Shown here one piece after another: positions 1 through 18,333 of a stretch of DNA of 64,000 bases (within the stretch, counting starts at the first letter, position 1; each line of letters starts with the position of its first letter). This stretch comes from Hormiphora californensis (taxonomy: Eukaryota; Animalia; Ctenophora), in contig CM035359.1 of the NCBI GenBank assembly GCA_020137815.1, positions 1,240,001 to 1,304,000 on the forward strand, read 5' to 3'. The notes under the pieces are model-generated. The model searched no databases, was not told the DNA's origin, and saw nothing but the letters and a program-made list of their open reading frames with translations. Position numbers and translations under genes: made by a program.

Positions 1-2475
1 TCAGGGACTCAAGAGTTTTACGTCTCAACTCCCTCTCCTCAAATGTCCTGTCCGGACCAATGTACACATTATGAAAATTATCCGACTGTCTCAGCTCCTT
101 TGCCTTCTTCAACAAGGTTAACAGATTCTCCCTCGACGACAGGGTGGCAATCATTGGCCGAGTCTTGTTCTCAGCTTTTGCTCCAACACGCTTCACGTCG
201 GTGAGTTTCATCCTTTCATTCAACTCCTCTAAAATTTTTTCTACAGATAACCTTGATTTCTATATCCATTTTACTAATTGAACCGGTACCCCGGCTTTCT
301 ACTGCTTTATGGTCCTCTTTAGCAGTGGCGGCTGTATCAGCTGGACCCTTCTCCTCCTCAAGATTGAAGATCATAAGGTTACTGCTCCTGTCAACTTCAT
401 CTGTGATCGGTGCAACCGATTTCTTGAGCACATTCTGTAACTTAGATGGGGCAGTAGCAGCAGCACAATTAGTCGAAATGACTGTGGAGAACGATTTCAT
501 TTCTCTCTTGACAGTGTCTGTTACAGCTTTAGCAGCAGAGAGGCCCTCATCCTGAAGATCAATCACTTTTTTCTGCAACTCAATAACCTGCTTCTGACAC
601 TTTAGCAACTCCTGCTCCAAACTTCGAACAACTTTCGAGTGTTCAATCTCCATTTCTTCTGCCGATTTCGATCTGAACTGTGTCTTGCGGGTCCAGGCCT
701 GGGTTATTTCCCCAACGCTAAAAAGTCTATCCTCCTAGTTAAACCCCAATTCCTTGCTTCTGCCAAGTCCCTATTCAGTAACACAAACATTCAAATCCTG
801 ACAGAAGGAACAAGGTATCTAGGCGCACCCCTTGGCTCTGATAGCTTCAGAGATCAGTTTGTCTCTGACCAAGTCAGTGGTTGGTGCCGTCAGCTAGAGG
901 AGCTTTCATCTGCCTCCGAGACGGAACCCCAAGCGTCATTTTCAGCTTTCTGTGTAGGACTATCGAAAAAGTGGCTGTTCTTGATGCGCACTACGCCCTG
1001 TATATCACACCTCTTTCTCCCTCTGGAGCAAACCATCAGGACTCTCTTCCTTCCCAAAACCATAACTCCTCACTTTAGCGACACCCACAGAAACATTTTC
1101 AGCCTCCCTGCTAGGAATGGAGGTATTGGCATATCTGATCCCACCAAAATCGCGGATGACGAGTATGCTAGATCTGTTGAGGCTACTGCCCCCCTCTCTG
1201 AACTTATAAACGAACAGAATACACACATTACCTCAGAGAGAGCGGACAGAGCCACAGTGGATCTCAGTGTTGCCAAACACAAAGTTCTAACGGCTAAGAG
1301 AGCGAAACAGAAAGCTGAACTTGAAACTGCATCAGCTGAACTAGACCCCCGACAACAACGTCTCCACGAGGAACTGTGCCAACGCGGAGCCTCCACCTGG
1401 GTTACAACCCTCCCGCTCGCTGAACACGGCTTTCTTCTCAACAAAGGGGAGTTTCACGATGCTATGGCTCTACGGTATGATTTCCCAATTGAAGGTATAT
1501 CCCATACCTGCATGTGTGGAAAGCCTAACAGTATGGAGCACTGTCTCTCATGTCCCCTTGGTGGCTACGTTCATCTCCGCCACAATCAAATACGGGACCT
1601 CACTGCGAATCTTCTGTCCGAGGCTGGATGCACAGTCCACAGACGTTACTATTGAACCACATCTCCTTCCCATCACTGGAGAGCATTTCAAATACAAGAG
1701 TGCCAACACCGATGATCAAGCCAGGCTTGACGTGTCTGCTAGGAAGGTTTGGTAACGAAGTTACCCCTCCCTTGCCGGCGCGCGAAGCGCGCCAAACGAA
1801 GGCCGCGAAGCGGCCTGAGTGAGAGTGTGAGGTGTCTTGGATACCAATAGGAAGGTATGGGTTGACATGGACAAAACCTTCCTTGACATCAGAGTGTTTA
1901 ACTCACGTGCCGACTCCAACATCAAAAAGTCATTGAAATCGGCCTTGGCTTCTCACGAGAAAGAGAAAAAGAGGGTGTATAACGAACGAATCCTGGAAGT
2001 AGAGAAAGCCTCTTTCACACCCATTGTGTTCTCCACCACCGGAACCATGGGACGCGAAGCAGAAAGGTTCTACCGCAGACTGGCAGTTCTCCTTTCCGGG
2101 AAAACCAAACAATCTATCCCTGATGCGGTACGCTACATCCGACAGAGACTATCTTTCTGTCTCCTCAAAACTCTCATTGTCAGCCTCCGGGGTTACCGAG
2201 GGAAGACGATTACACCATACTATTCCAGTAGTATAGATATTAATTTATTGTATGTTTAATTTATTACCACAGTGTGTTTATATATAATTTGATTGTTATC
2301 CGTATAATTTTAAACCTCTTTTCCTTTAAAATTTCGATCTGAATTGGTTAGTTCTGACTTGCGAGAAACAGTAGCCAAACAACCATGTCAATCCTCGGGC
2401 GATATCCACGTCAGCAGGAAATTCTGTTTTCGCTGTCTTGCATAATAAGCAGTTCACCGTCTTCTTTGGCGACAT
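1..2475 (-). pseudogene. LINE ORF1-like gene (Cys-containing N-terminus, coiled coil, RRM/CTD-like C-terminus), interrupted by a CRE insertion and a 58-bp insertion; runs off the window start
   Basis: Removing the CRE insert (13-bp TSD) joins MSPKKTVNCLLCK...QFRSK (ATG 2475) in frame to SAEEMEIEHSK (ORF 216-653). Removing 58 bp (TTTCTAC repeated at 238-244 and 296-302) restores ...AVEKILEELNERMKLTDVKRVG...RPMIATL...NVYIGPDRT, resembling CR1/L2-type ORF1 C-termini (RSSNLMIFNL motif). Confidence 0.75.
678..2330 (+). mobile_element. CRE-clade non-LTR retrotransposon, 5'-truncated (RT C-terminus, CCHC knuckle, RLE endonuclease), disrupted
   Basis: Motifs GYFPNAKKS, RYLG, GGIG, CMCG..HCLSC..RHNQIRD, RLDV, FLDIRVFN, HEKEKKRVY, FTPIVFSTTG. 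Exact 13-bp TSD ATTTCGATCTGAA at 665-677 and 2331-2343. A 7-bp frameshift near 1635 and a 108-bp insert at about 1747-1854. Confidence 0.9.
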
Positions 2476-2507
2476 CGCTGAAAGGTGAGGTGGGGGGTTG
2501 CCGCCAC

Positions 2508-2549
2508 CTCAATAAATAGTTTTACGTTGTAGTTGATGAAAGTTTGAAA
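2508..2549 (-). ncRNA. Ctenophore-type spliced-leader exon sequence (relict genomic copy)
   Basis: TTTCAAACTTTCATCAACTACAACGTAAAACTATTTATTGAG (42 nt). It recurs with different flanks at 53109-53152 and 54927-54969 and resembles ctenophore SLs as I recall them (TTTCAAACTTT...TTGAG). Confidence 0.7.
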
Positions 2550-2630
2550 GGCTAACTTCTCCTGAGAATGATACCTCAGACTCGGAGTTGGAGCAGTTCG
2601 AAATTTCACTGGATGGTGTTCCGGGAAGAC

Positions 2631-2664
2631 ACCCTAACCCTAACCCTACTTTAGCCCTAACCCT
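2631..2664. repeat. Short interstitial telomere-like (CCCTAA)n tract
   Basis: accctaaccctaaccctactttagccctaaccct. Confidence 0.7.
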
Positions 2665-3043
2665 AAAAAACCGATTGTCAGCACTCCCAAAACACAAAAA
2701 AGTATAAAAAAACGGAAACAATAAATCAATTCATCCTCGGATCCTCATGCTAAGTTCTTCTCGTTCCTCTGTTCCTCAGGTACTCCCAAAACACCCAGAT
2801 TTTAACACTGGCCGAATCTGGAAGCCGTGGAAAACGCCCGCCGGCATAAAAAACGAGGGCACGCGCGATGTTTTGGTGCCGTTGTTGAAACATATATTTG
2901 TCGCGCGTTCCATCAAAAGGGGGATCACGCGGCGCGGCGCAGTATAAATAAAAAAGTAGCTAAAAGATTTTGGAAAGTTTTTGAATTTTTAACTTTTTTA
3001 ACTTTTTTAAATTTTTTCATCCATATAATAATTTCCAAAATGT

Positions 3044-4520
3044 TCCTAACCCCGGAAAATCGTGGCTAATTGTGAAACCCCAATACGAAGAAACTGCAAG
3101 GGAAATGTTCACGGACGTCAACATCACTACAGACGGCCAACGCTACCTAGGATCATACATCGGAACAGAGGAGAGCCAGAGGGAATTTGTTCAGAACGAG
3201 GTTGCAAAATGGAACGAGGAAATCAGTCAACTCTGTGAAATTGCAATAAACGAACCACAGCTAGCCTATAGTGCATACACCATCGGGATCTCGAAAAGGT
3301 GGAGCTACCTCATGAGAACAACTCCAGGAATATCCCAACAACTTGGAGTCATCGAGAAAACCATCCACCAAAAACTTCTCCCTGCACTTACTGGCCAACA
3401 TGTTATCAGCGACACCTTGAGATCAGTTGCATCCCTCCCTGTTAGATTTGGAGGATTGGGAATTGATAACCCAGAACTATCAGCGGATTCGGAGTACAGC
3501 TTTTCTAAGTTCATCACAGAAGACTTGTCTGCAGCGGTTCTTGGCCAACACGAAACATTTCAGGTTGATAAAAACCAACAAACTGAGAAATCATCAATTA
3601 TTCGCCGTACCAAAAATGACATTCATCATCAGAAAATTGAGGAGATTCGAAGCAAAATGACTAGCGCCGAAAGCAGGAACCTTGATCTCCTGTCTGAGAA
3701 AGGTGCATCTTCTTGGCTTACTTGTCTTCCCCTCCAAGCATTAAACTTTACCCTGAATAGACAAGAGTGGCATGATGCTCTGTCTGCACGTTACAACTTG
3801 CCGCTGACAGGAGAAGCACTGCCTACCAACTGCGTGTGTGGAGAGGAAAATAGTATCGATCACTCAATTTCATGTAAGATCGGCGGTTTTGTATGCTTTC
3901 GCCACAACAACGTGAGAGACTTTATTGCAAGTGAGTTCAGTAATGTGTGTCATGACACGAAAGTTGAACCCCATCTGCTAAATGTACGAGGAATGAGTCT
4001 CCCAGAGGGAACTATTACGGCGGATGGAGCTCGCCTAGATATCAGTACACGTGATTTCTGGTCTAGCATGGATAACACCTATTTTGATGTGAGGGTATTT
4101 AATCCTAGGGTGGCATCCAACTCTAACCAGGCAATCTCTAAAGTGTATGAAAAACATGAGAGGGAGAAAAAGACTGGCTACCTTCATCGGGTCATTGAAG
4201 TGGAAAAATCCTCATTTACACCTCTGGTAATGTCCACGACGGGGGGTCTCGGTCGGGAATTCAAAAAGACACTGAAACAGCTAGCCGATAAGAAAGCTAA
4301 GAAAACGGGATACAACTACGACCAATGCATCCGTTATCTTCGACTCAGGCTATCTTTCGCCATGGTGCGATCAATAACTGTTTCCATCAGGGGGCATCGG
4401 GGTAGATTGAGGGGCGAGGGCAACAGGGACGAGCAGCTATATCAAGTGGGGCAATAGACTCATTTTATATTTAATTTATTACAGTTTTTATCATTGTTAA
4501 GTGTCTACACCTATTTATAT
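3044..4520 (+). mobile_element. Second, divergent CRE-clade retrotransposon, 5'-truncated, with open ORF 3072-4457
   Basis: PNPGKSWLIVKP, RYLGSYIG, GGLG, CVCG..HSISC..RHNNVRD, RLDI, YFDVRVFNP, HEREKKTGY, FTPLVMSTTGG. No TSD identified; the 3' boundary is approximate. Confidence 0.9.
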
Positions 4521-5233
4521 TCAGGCCGATGTTGGCCGCCACCCCCCCAAAATGTTAGTCCGATAATTGTTTTCTCCCTACTCCTCCTACAGTTTTTGAG
4601 CTAGACCCCTGAAAATTTGTACACTGGTACTTTGGACCAAGGCGGGTGTAAGTACGGGCTCAGATTTTTGATCCGATCTTTACAACAGTGACGTCACGGG
4701 GTGACGTCATTGCGCCAAAAATACTTACATTTTTTCAAACGCTTCTAAGACCCTGAAAACGGCTCTAAATCAAAAAACTAACGCAATAGTGGGGAAAGAG
4801 AATCGTTTGAACTTCATTTTACATGATAGCGATTTCCCGTAACTCAATGTTTAAGGGTCGTAAATCGCGTCGGGAAAGTTAAAAATGCCAAAAATACGAT
4901 ATTTTTCACCGTAGCCACCCAAAATCTTATCCAATCGATATGAAACTTGGTCGTTATGTGAACTTTAATGTCCTTTGGCCAGGGGTTCCCGGAAAACGGA
5001 TTGGCAAGATGAGAACTGACCGGAGTTCTTATAATTCTAAATTCACGAATTTGGAATTTTTCGTCGACTTTTTTTTGGCGAGGAAATTTTCAATACAATG
5101 AATTTTAAAATTTTACACTGCGCGCGTAACTCTAAGTTCCGCGCGCGGCGTAAAAAAGCAGCGCTTTTTTGGGAAAATTCGCGCGTTACAGTAAATGATT
5201 TACCCGCCTCGCCAAAATTGTAACGCGCTCCTA

Positions 5234-7069
5234 CCGTGTGCGGCATAAAAAAGGCCCCCCCTAGACCACCATAGTTGCCGATGTGGTGGAGAGCTGTAAC
5301 TTGGCAGGGTTGCTCCACTATGTCTATCTTGATCCTGACAGAAAAATCAGAGCTCTAGCTCAAAATTCATTTTCATGAACGGAATGAACTTCTCCGTTCC
5401 TTCGATATGAGACCCCCTCATCATTCAGAATTTTTTGCCCGTCTTTGGCTAACGATTATCTTTGTAATGAGACCAATTTGAGCATAATCTGATTACCAGG
5501 AGAGACACAGTGGAGGGTTGTCAAAGTTCTCAAGCGGCCCGTGATACGAGATCATTTCATCAAGGAGGGGCCATCTTGTGTCACTAATCAGCCTATCATC
5601 TCACATTACACTAGCCAAGGGATCTGGGGTATTTAAATCTTCAAATGTTCATCAAAATCATTCCCAATCGTTACTTGCAATGCATTTTACACCCGAACAG
5701 AGGAACTTCATCTGGCTCCCCCCTGATGCCAGCTGCCTTGTGAATTCGGGTAATGGATCTCGCAGATGTCGCCAGTCTAATCGCTCTCCTGCGGGTGGAC
5801 TGGATTGGTGTTGTCTGTGTGTCTCTCAGTACTGCTGTTGTGGAAGCAGGACCTGTAGCAGACTTCCTCCTTCCGGATCGTCCAGGATTGTTGTTTTTGG
5901 AGTGGCCCTCGTCTGAAACTGTCCGATGGATCTTTCTGCAGGACTTCTTGGATGGGGCATGGCGGCCAAACTTGATAAAGAACTCCTGTTCGATGGTGGG
6001 GTAGAGGGTGTTGGTTTCCTTCTTGAGCCAGATGAAGTTCCTCTGTTCGGGTGTAAAATGCATTGCAAGTAACGATTGGGAATGATTTTGATGAACATTT
6101 GAAGAGTTAAATATCCCAGATCCCTTGGCTAGTGTAATGTGAGATGATAGGTAAGCGGTAAAGGTTGACCCGTCTCCTGAGAATTTTATTTTTCTTTGGC
6201 CATAACTCAGCCATTTCTTGACCAATTTGCAAAATATTGGGCTCGTTGGAAAGAGGGCATTGAGCTCTTTCAGATGAGCCCAAGAAAATCGAAATCGGCG
6301 CAAATTGCGCGGCTTTGCGCGGGGTAATGGCGCAAAATGCGCGTTTTCGCCACTACGCCGCGCAATTTGCGCCAATTTTCATTTTATTGAGCTCATTTTA
6401 AAGATCTCAATGCCCTCTTTCCAATGAGCCAAAGATTTTGCAAATTGGTCAAGAAATGGCTGAGTTATGGCCAAAACAGTTTTAAATTCTCAGGAGACGG
6501 GTCAACCTTTACCGCTTACCGAGATGATAGGCTGATTAGTGACACAAGATGGCCCCTCCTTGATGAAATGATCTCGTATCACGGGCCGCTTGAGAACTTT
6601 GACAAGAACTGGTGACATGAACCCAATCAATCAGCATCACAAAGTGACTTGAGAGCGTAGTGGAGGGATATTCAAGGGATATGAGAGCAATAATCCGTTA
6701 TTGAGACATGTTAACAGCACCCCAAACCCACTTTTCACCACGTGACCGGGCCTGGATCACATGTCAGGAGTGACGGTCGGAAAACCCTCCGCTGTGTCTC
6801 TCCTGGTAATCAGATTATGCTCAAATTGGTCTCATTACAAAGATAATCGTTAGCCAAAGACGGGCAAAAAATTCTGAATGATGAGGGGGTCTCATATCGA
6901 AGGAACGGAGAAGTTCATTCCGTTCATGAAAATGAATTTTGAGCTAGAGCTCTGATTTTTCTGTCAGGATCAAGATAGACATAGTGGAGCAACCCTGCCA
7001 AGTTACAGCTCTCCACCACATCGGCAACTATGGTGGTCTAGGGGGGGGCCTTTTTTATGCCGCACACGG
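5234..7069 (-). mobile_element. Non-autonomous Tc1/mariner-superfamily element with about 480-bp inverted arms and a transposase N-terminal fragment
   Basis: TA|CCGTGTGCGG...CCGCACACGG|TA. The fragment 6063 to about 5718 (MHFTPEQRNFIWL...FGRHAPSKK...NPGRSGRRKSA) resembles the DUF4817-type HTH of Tc1/mariner transposases. Confidence 0.8.
6150..6520. mobile_element. MULE-like MITE nested in the mariner right arm
   Basis: TIR GGTAAGCGGTAAAGGTTGACCCG...; 9-bp TSD GAGATGATA at 6141-6149 and 6521-6529. Confidence 0.8.
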
Positions 7070-7414
7070 TACTATGAGACTCATTGCTCTAAGGAACAAA
7101 CAAATTAATTTATCTTTTAAAAATCAAACACAAATGTCACCGGTTATATGAGGATAAATTACCATTTACCAGGTCACGGGTTCCCAGCAAACGGGTACTC
7201 TAGTTTTTCAAGATAACAGAAATTCAATTTTATGCTCTATCATCAGGAACCCCCAAAAATCGGATACCCTGGTGTCGGCTTGTTGTTTCTTATTCATTTT
7301 AGGTTCTAGCATCAGGGACCCCCAAAAATCGTATGAAAAGTACTAAAAAAGCACTAATAAAAAAGGCGTTCGAGAATCGTGTCACATATCCATCCAATTA
7401 GAATTTGTTAGCAC

Positions 7415-7820
7415 CCAGCGCTTATTTACAAGAAGGATTGAAGGAATGGAAAACCTCGACTAGTGGGAGCGAATGAAGAAAAAAACTCCATATCATGTCG
7501 TTACAAAGACGAAAAGAGCGATACACTGTTGTTCAGCTATGGAAAATCAAAAATGGTGTCGCCCCAAATAGCACCGGAATCCGATTTTACCACCATGAAC
7601 GGCTTTGTCAGGCACTGACTGTACATCACACACTCTCTCGCACACTCTCGCTCTGCGAGGCCGCTACGCCGAAGAGGACGGTCTGATGTGAGACAAGAAC
7701 GGCTAGGAATAAAAACTGAAGTACCATCCCTGTACTGGTACAGTGGAGAAGTCAGCCTTAACTAAATTTAGGGCTGCTCGGTTATGGAATACATTGCCGA
7801 AAGATGTCAACACGGCTCGA
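7415..7820 (+). mobile_element. Decayed CR1/L2-type LINE RT 3' remnant
   Basis: FTRRIEGMENLD*WER..MSLQRRKERY..LWKIKNG..ARLWNTLPKDV, with a 92-bp insert flanked by the 8-bp TSD GAACGGCT. Confidence 0.75.
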
Positions 7821-8248
7821 TCAGTACCCGCAATCCACTCGTTTAGGGTTATAGGACTCAGAATGGAAGTTCCATCTTGGATTGGGTATTAGCGGTTCGT
7901 GCGAAGTGGAGATGTCTAAAAGATACCGTTTATGTTTTGTTAATAAAACTATTTCAATAACTTTTATTTCAATAAGTTTCAGATTTGTTAGTAGTAGCCA
8001 TTTCCTAACCCGTGTTGCAAACAAATAGCTCATTTATATTGAGTCATTAGCTTGCCCGGGTGAGGGGATCACCCTTCGGTCACACGATCATGAGGGGCGC
8101 GACGTGCCCAAGTCATTAGCAACCCGCAAAAAAGTTCAAATTTACAAAAGCCATACTGGAAGGGACAGGCCGCTTGTAACCTTTCTGGCCTCTTTGAGAC
8201 TGTTACTATAATTGTTACTATAATTTACTCAACTTTTTAGTATAGATA

Positions 8249-14353
<6,105 letters not shown>

Positions 14354-15674
14354 TAAACGAATTGAGAGAGAATTGATCAACAATAATTGTGGGGTTGGGA
14401 AGTCAGAACATATCATGGCACAGTCATGCGAAGAATCACAGAACGAAGAGATCGGAGAGGGTAAAGATGTCAGAAAATGATATGAACTCTGGATAAACCT
14501 CCCGATATATTTAAAAGAGAACGAGAATTTGTAAATGTTTGCAAGTAATGCGTTGTGTATCATAATTTATCAGTTCTTGCAAAACCCAAAAAAAGATCTA
14601 ATTGTCCTCTTCATTTAAATGAAAATATTTCATCCCAAAACAGATCATCTAGAAAGGTCTATATAATCCAAAAGTTCCAACGATTATGGGATTATCTATC
14701 AGTTTTCATCAGATTCGCTGACGGTATCCACATCATCACCACTGCTCACTGGTTCGGTATCCTGGAAAGGTATTCAGTGAATCAGATCACATATTCATAT
14801 ATTAATGGGATGGAATTAATTCACACTGTATATTTTGCCTTGGAATAGTTCTATCGAGTGGCAAATTTGACGTTAAAAAGCAACTTGTCTGACCCATCAG
14901 TTACACTGCCGCTTGTAGTAGAGAAACGGTAATGGAAAACTGAGATACAGTAAGACGACACGCAACCGTGGCCAATCAGGGCGCTAGTACGTGCTGAACA
15001 CATGCACTTTTTGCCGCGCGTTATGCAACGTGCGCGTCTCATTACTGTATTTCTATTACGGTAATACGACTACAAGCAGCACTGTGATCTAGCTGAAAAG
15101 TGTGCTTTATTACCCGCGTGCTACGTAAAGTATGCGTCTCAACACGGTGTTGCGTTACCCTTTCTTCACTACAAGCGGCCGTGTGAGTATTTGATTTTCA
15201 AAACGAGAAAATATATGGACCGGGGAAATCTTATAACCACTTCCCTGCTATGTGTTATTATAGTTGTTGAGCACTCAACAAGTTCAAGTGGTCGCGTGGT
15301 CAGAGCTAATAACCATTTAGCTCAGCTATCTCTGACAGAGACGAAGAGCCACACGAAAGCGAAACGTTTACAGAGCTTCTCTGTTATAAAACGTGGACCA
15401 ACTTGACACTGTATTTACCTGAAACAAGCCCCGATTTCACCCGATTCCATTTCACCAACTTAAATGGTTCGATGGTTAAACTGATGGTTATTAGAAGAGA
15501 AAGTTTAATTTGGGAAACCAAGGACGATGATTTTATGTCAAGTTAGAAGTGGTTGAAGCTACGAAATTGATCTAAATCTTGATCAAGACTTACCATGGGG
15601 GGTTGAAAAAGAGAGTAAACAAAGAGAGAGAGAGAGAGGATCGAGAGGAACTGGTCGTCCCCGGAGACCACACG

Positions 15675-15774
15675 NNNNNNNNNNNNNNNNNNNNNNNNNN
15701 NNNNNNNNNNNNNNNNNNNNNNNNNNNNNNNNNNNNNNNNNNNNNNNNNNNNNNNNNNNNNNNNNNNNNNNNNN
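15675..15774. other. Assembly gap (100 N) followed by low-quality sequence to about 17100
   Basis: N run; homopolymer-inflated sequence; 16420-17100 is an error-rich inverted copy of about 17145-17900. Confidence 0.95.
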
Positions 15775-18333
15775 GCGGGGAGAAAACTTTTTGTGCACTT
15801 ACATGTTACAAAGGGGAAAGTTTTTACAAAGTGTTCAAAGTGTTAAAAATTTTAATGTGTTACTTAGGTTAAAAAAGGTTAAAAATTTTTACAAATTGTT
15901 AAAATTGTTACAAATTTTTACAAAGTTTTTAAAAAAAAATTTTTTTCTAGCAAAAAAAAAGAAAAAAATTTTTTACGTTTTTGTTTTTGGGGTGAATTAA
16001 GACACTTTTTCTGGTTTTTTACAAAATATAGCTAAAAATGGGTTGTTTTTGTCCCCGCCCGGGTTTTAAGCCAAATTTTAAAATATTTAACACTTTGTAA
16101 CATGGAAAGAAAATTTTGTGTGCGTTACTTTTTACAAAGTTTTTAGTGTCCCCCCCCCCCCCTAGAATGTCGTTTGTGCGATTTTTCCGCAAGCGCAGTG
16201 TGATTCTGACTGGGGAGTTGCGTGCTGGAAATCCATTGTGTGATTGGGCCCCCGCACCCATCCCAACAGAAATAGAAGGACAGATCACTGTAAGAGATCA
16301 ATCCAATGCCCAACGGGGGGAGTGATCGAGCAGAGATAGGTGGGACAGACCCTGGGTTTGCGATGGGTTTTACGAGGTTTTTAAAAAAGGGGCCAAAAAT
16401 TTATGATAGCGGGGGAGGCCCGCCTCCGAAAGGGGGATATTTGTGCAAAAAAAAATTAGGGGAAATGCGGGACAATTCCTGGAGCTTTTTGAAATTTTAT
16501 GAAATTTTTTTCAAAAGTTATTTTTCTTCATGCTTTCTCCCCGTTCTTTGAATTAAGGACTTAATTTACCGGGTTAGGAATTTGTTTGGTTGAATTTATC
16601 TTTCCAAGGCACCATAAAATCAAATTGAAGCCCGATCCATGGCATTTGGAAAATGCACATTCATGTTTTTGGTTTCCGCGATTTTAAATGGCGTTACGGC
16701 TACTTTTTGTTCAATCGTTTAAAAATGGGGGGGGGAAGGATAAGCAAAAAATTTTTAAAGAAAATGGGTCAAAACTCAAAGTTTTTTTTCAAGGTTGGTG
16801 TTAAATTCCCCCTCATTGGAACCAACATCCCTAAAGTGATGAAAAGTGATGGTTTTTGTTTGGACCATACCCTGCAATGATAGAGAGGTGTTAAAATTAC
16901 GTTTCTGGGCTAGTTAGTGGGTGTCCATGTGATCATGATGATATCCTGACCCTTTTCTGAGCCATAATTAAGGGATTTTCTCAAATTCAAGCATGTGATT
17001 TGAGGTTTTTGCGATTGGTATCGTGCAGCAATGTTGAGAGATCTCCATAGCACCTCAAAAATAATGATTAGTTCAATGAAAGGAGTTGATTTATGATTTT
17101 AAAATGATCGTTTAGTTCATTTTGACGTCTGTTTTAATCTTTTCTATAATAAATCAACTCCTTTCATTGAACTAATCATTATTTTTGAGGTGCTATGAGA
17201 TCTCTCAACATTGCTGCACGATACCAATCGCAAAAACTCAAATCACATGCTTGAATTTGAGAAAATCCCTTAATTATGGCTCAGAAAAGGTTGCCAGATA
17301 TCATCATGATCACATGGACACCCACTAACTAGCCCAGAAACGTAATTTTACACCTCTCTATCATTGCAGGGTATGGTCCAAACAAAAACCATCACTTTTC
17401 ATCACTTTAGGGATGTTGGTTCCTGAATGAGTGGAATGAACTACCAACACTTGAAAATGAAATGAGTTTTTACCCTGATTTTTCTTGTGAGGAAAGATCT
17501 TTGCTTATCCGATGTTCTCCCAAATTTTTAAAACGATTGAACAAAAAGGTAGCCGTGATACAGCCGATTGAAAGTCGCAGGAAGAGCCAAAATCATGAAT
17601 GTGCATTTTCTCAACTGCCATGTGATCTGGTGCTTCAATTTGATTTTTATGGTGCTCATTGGAAAGATAAATTCAACCCAAACAAAATTCCTAACTCTCG
17701 GTAAATTAGAGTCCTTAATTCATTAATGAACGTGTAGAAAGTTCATGAATGAAAAATGAACTTTTGAATAAAAATTTCATAAATTGCAAAAAGTCGTCCA
17801 GGAATTGTTCCAGCATGTTCCCGTAATTTGTTTTTGCACAACTATCACTGTTTCGGAGGTACGGCTCGTCCCCCGCTATCATAATTTATGGGCCACCTGT
17901 ATTATAGTAGGTAGATTAAATTTAAAAGGTCTAGCTTTCAGCTGTTTATATATTCGACACTTCCAGTTGATCACATGTCTAGACATTATCTAGTTTTGTA
18001 GTTCAATATTTCCTATTTAGGTTATTTTATAAATCATTGGAGCCTGTCTGTTTAATAACATTTCAAGCTGACACTTTCACCCTTAAACGAATGGAGGGAG
18101 GGAGACGCACAGTGCTTTGACGTTCGATGAGAATAAGAGAATTTCTAAAATTTTAGCCAAATACTAAATTTTGATATTTGGTTTAGCACGAAGAGCCGGA
18201 CCAAATGGACTATTCAAAATTGCCTTAGCCCACACCGTCCTGGTAAAAAATGAGGTTAACTTTTTGCCCGAAACTGGAGTTAACCTCAATAAATTATAGA
18301 CTGCAATTCAGAAGACCATAAAACCGGCTCTAA

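Noticed and set aside
15775-17930. Large inverted duplication next to the gap
   Set aside because: The left arm is error-rich contig-end sequence; a fold-back read artefact cannot be separated from an ordinary palindromic MITE.
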